A DNA stretch of 64,000 nucleotides from the NCBI GenBank assembly GCA_964247055.1, contig OZ176055.1, positions 6,076,001 to 6,140,000 on the forward strand. The letters run 5' to 3'. The stretch's first letter is position 1. Each line of letters starts with the position of its first letter. The position numbers were made by a program, and so were the translations under genes. Positions 61,101 to 64,000 of the stretch are shown piece by piece. The DNA is from Paragordius varius (Eukaryota > Animalia > Nematomorpha). The notes under the pieces are model-generated. The model was not told the origin of the DNA. It saw only the letters and a program-made list of their open reading frames with translations, and made no database searches.

Positions 61101-63671
61101 AGCATTTGAAGATTTCATTTTATTGGCTAAATCACCGGGATTTTCATCATTACCATTCTAATATCGGCATTTTAAATTATAAAATATATTAGAATAAACT
61201 TTCAAAAGCTTTAAATTAAGGATTCATAAATTACTTATTAGCAAAAAAGTACCGTAAAAATCATTTCCCGTGTACTTTGGAGTTCTTCATTCCAATCTCG
61301 ATTTTGTCCTGGAACATGATCTTCGAATCCCAACCGAGATTCATATGCTTTACAAAAAAAACACTTTTATTGGTTTACAGTGAAAATTATTATAAGGGCT
61401 ATGCATTTAAAGTAAAAGTAATACTTTTTTTAAAAAAAACCAATATTTTATCCTTGATATTTTGTTTATAACCAAAAAGATTACTAAATTGTAAAATATA
61501 TAATTGAGTGTGTTACTAATATATCTATACTCCTTATTTCAGCACTCCAAACGATAGGTTAAAAATATAATTAAGGTTAATAGATTAGGTTGCCCTGACA
61601 AAAATAATAAATTGATTTTACACGTTTTGTCTTTATAAATTTAATTATAAGATTTCTTAATAATGAATCCGCATTTTATGAAAAAATAATAATAAAATAA
61701 GCTAAAACCATCTTCAGCCCGATAATAATCTGAGTTGTGTTGTAATTGTGGGATAATCCATGAGGTCGTAGTCATAAAAGGTAATGGAACTTTTTCTAAC
61801 GAATTCTGATTACATCGTTTTTTCATTATGTCAACAATGTTTCGTTTGAATTTGAAACTAACCTATAAAATCATTTATTGTAAAAAAAGATATCATATGC
61901 AACTATATATTTACATTTATCTCTATGGATATGAAAAAGATTTAAAAAGCAAAAAAATAATTAACCTTTGACAATAAGTCAAAAAGGGAGTGATAAATTT
62001 GAGATTCTCCGTGGTTCGTTAAAATTGGCAAAGGATTAAAAATTGTATCAGTAGACCTGCGCATAACATATTATATTTTTCGTAAAATTTATACAATATT
62101 ATATATTAATGGTTATTTAATTGATTATTGATTATGACGAATCCATAACTGCTTAAAAAACGAAGGATAATACTAGTTTATTTTATAATTTCCTAAAAAA
62201 GACCAAATTCAATCAAAATATTCAAAACTTGTATCAATATACCTCTAAATTTTATTAAAACACAGAAAAGGCAAACTAGTTTAGAAATAGCATAATTTTT
62301 AATGTTACTCCTATAAAATAATAACTAAAACATAAAGGGGTTATGATACGGATAGCATGTTTTCCCCAATAACGTATAAAAAATTTATTTAACTATTTTT
62401 TAGGTTTGGTTTTTTTATTTATTAATTTACAAATGAGTTAAGATGAGTGAATTAAAATTTTTTAAAATAAGTTTCAATAAATTCTAGTTCAATACATTAA
62501 GGCACACAACTTTAAAAAATTATATAAAGCCAGTTATGAAACTGCTTTATTTCGGTATGTATATATTGCCGTTTACCGTGTAAAAAAATTCTTAAAATTC
62601 CCGAAACATTTATAAACTATCAAAAAATTATACAAATAACAACGTTTTAATTGAAAAATTATTTGCCTTTATATAAATAAAGAAAATTACAGATTAATGT
62701 AAAATCCCTTTCTGCAGGCTGTAATGTGATACACCTTTTCCTCTATAGTTGTTACAGTAAGATAGGCTAAATCTCCTATAAACCATTCATAAACAATATA
62801 AATATATATTAAATATAAAAGCAAAAAAAATAAAACAAATTTTATGATTTATGGGAAAAATAATTTTTATATATAAAAAAAATTAGCTAAATAATAAATA
62901 TTTTGTTTAACCTCTGTACCTTTTAATTTGCGTTGTGAGGGAGGTGGGTTCCATTGATTAAAATGAACTGATCTTAAGCATGGGATATGCTGTAATTTGT
63001 ATTAAAAATTATATTAATTGTCGCAAAATATTAATAACGTGTTGAGGGTAAAGTCAAATTAAAGTTCGACGCAAATTTAAATTTTATTTTTAACATAAAT
63101 TAGGTTTTTTAATTAATTTAATAATATACAGTAGCTGTGGTAAAAAACACCAAGGTTGCATATTTCAACAAATTTTCCCTTATAAATTTAAATTTATTGG
63201 TTTTTTACTAATGGACAAACTATTTAACTAATATACGGTACTGTAATTATTTGTTTTAGCCGTGATTTTATCCGCTTAATAAATAATATAATTATTAACA
63301 TCATTGCAAAATATGCCACCATAATCTGTACAAATTATATAATTTGCAAATTTTACACAAATTCTCTTATATAACACATAAAACGATCTTTCATTCTTTG
63401 CCGTAAGAAATATATAAACCACCAAAACAACATGATAATGAATAAACCTTTTCTTTAAGATTAACCGGATGAAGTGGTAATAACCTAATCTCTTTACTGT
63501 TTTGTGGGTCGTTTTTACTAGTTTGATTGGAGGTTTTTTGAGTATTTGATAAATTATCTCCATGATGTGCAACTATTAGAATATCGGGCGAAGGTAAAAG
63601 ACTTTCCTCTGTAGTTTGGGTCGCGATAGGTGTATGCAAAAGTTTAATCATATTTTGTTTCTCCAAATGTT
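50458..63671 (-). CDS. CLUH: Clustered mitochondria protein (Clu/CLUH), 5' end probably outside window
   Basis: [44 protein letters not shown]...[49 protein letters not shown] exons ([42 protein letters not shown]) and [11 protein letters not shown]. Stop at 50458. Confidence 0.95.
51373..51545. mobile_element. Partial hAT-type MITE (CAGGGG left end)
   Basis: atttaaat-caggggtgtcccac...gcggcccgcg; right end not identified. Confidence 0.5.
51866..54429. mobile_element. 2.56-kb non-autonomous hAT element in a CLUH intron
   Basis: TIR cagtggcgtaccgag / ctcggtacgcccctg with a perfect 8-bp TSD actttgaa (51858-51865, 54430-54437). Contains a degenerate tandem array and a Helitron. Confidence 0.92.
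53364..53930 (+). mobile_element. Non-autonomous Helitron, copy B
   Basis: 5' TC(TATATATTTATAAAAATG), 3' hairpin ggagtcc-gaa-ggacttcc then CTAG; inserted between A (53363) and T (53931). Confidence 0.88.
55049..55296. mobile_element. MITE family A copy
   Basis: aattcaaattcaccc left subterminus and gggtgaattt...taaatggtata right end. Confidence 0.75.
56617..56952. mobile_element. MITE family A copy with expanded subterminal repeats
   Basis: tata-ccacttacaattc...gaactgtaaatgg-tata, with multiple ttgaacaattcaaattcaccc units. Confidence 0.85.
58111..58147. repeat. (TA)n microsatellite
   Basis: Uninterrupted AT dinucleotide run. Confidence 0.95.
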
Positions 63672-64000
63672 CTATCATTTATAAACATATATATGTAAAA
63701 AAATCTTTTTTGCTATGTATATAACAGGACTTGGAACCCGAGTCTAAATTTTGAACCGGTTCTAACACGATTTTTAAAAATTTTAACTGGTTACGGTTCT
63801 TGCACTTTACGTTTTTTTCGATTCTAAAGTTTTTATAAAATCGAATTTCCGGTTCTCATCGTGGAACAACGCCTGGTTTCAGGCCTTGGTTTATAACTAA
63901 AGAGTGCAGAATCCCTGATATCTAAATACAGCAAAAGGTTATTAATCAAACAGTCATTATCGTTGGTTTTATGGATTTAATTGGTTAATAATCATAATTA

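Noticed and set aside
63724-63890. Possible hAT MITE with GAACCGGTTC motifs
   Set aside because: Termini and TSD too degenerate to support a call.

Overview
Very AT-rich eukaryotic, intron-rich DNA. The gene set is animal-type (5-LIM PINCH, BTBD10/KCTD20, RBM42, ASCC2, CLUH, RPL19, TVP23, RPAP2, DHDH) and uses the standard genetic code; the organism cannot be named from sequence. Nine conserved genes could be reconstructed by hand, in largely alternating orientation. I also found one or more unrecognised multi-exon genes for glycoprotein-like products at about 35.6-45.05 kb. Introns and intergenic gaps are full of decayed mobile DNA: a Mos1-like mariner, RTE LINEs, a scrambled Ty3/gypsy, Helitrons, hAT/CACTA/TA-flanked MITEs and a foldback element. 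The most unusual signal is gene architecture. (i) At least 14 GT-AG introns are only 22-29 nt and are concentrated at gene 5' ends. Nearer AGs (21 nt or less from the donor) are skipped, and every 3n-length micro-intron has an in-frame stop. (ii) Head-to-head gene pairs have start codons only 40-78 nt apart, and five starts share a CG about 10 nt upstream of the ATG. All gene models are manual translations; no database searches or expression data were available.
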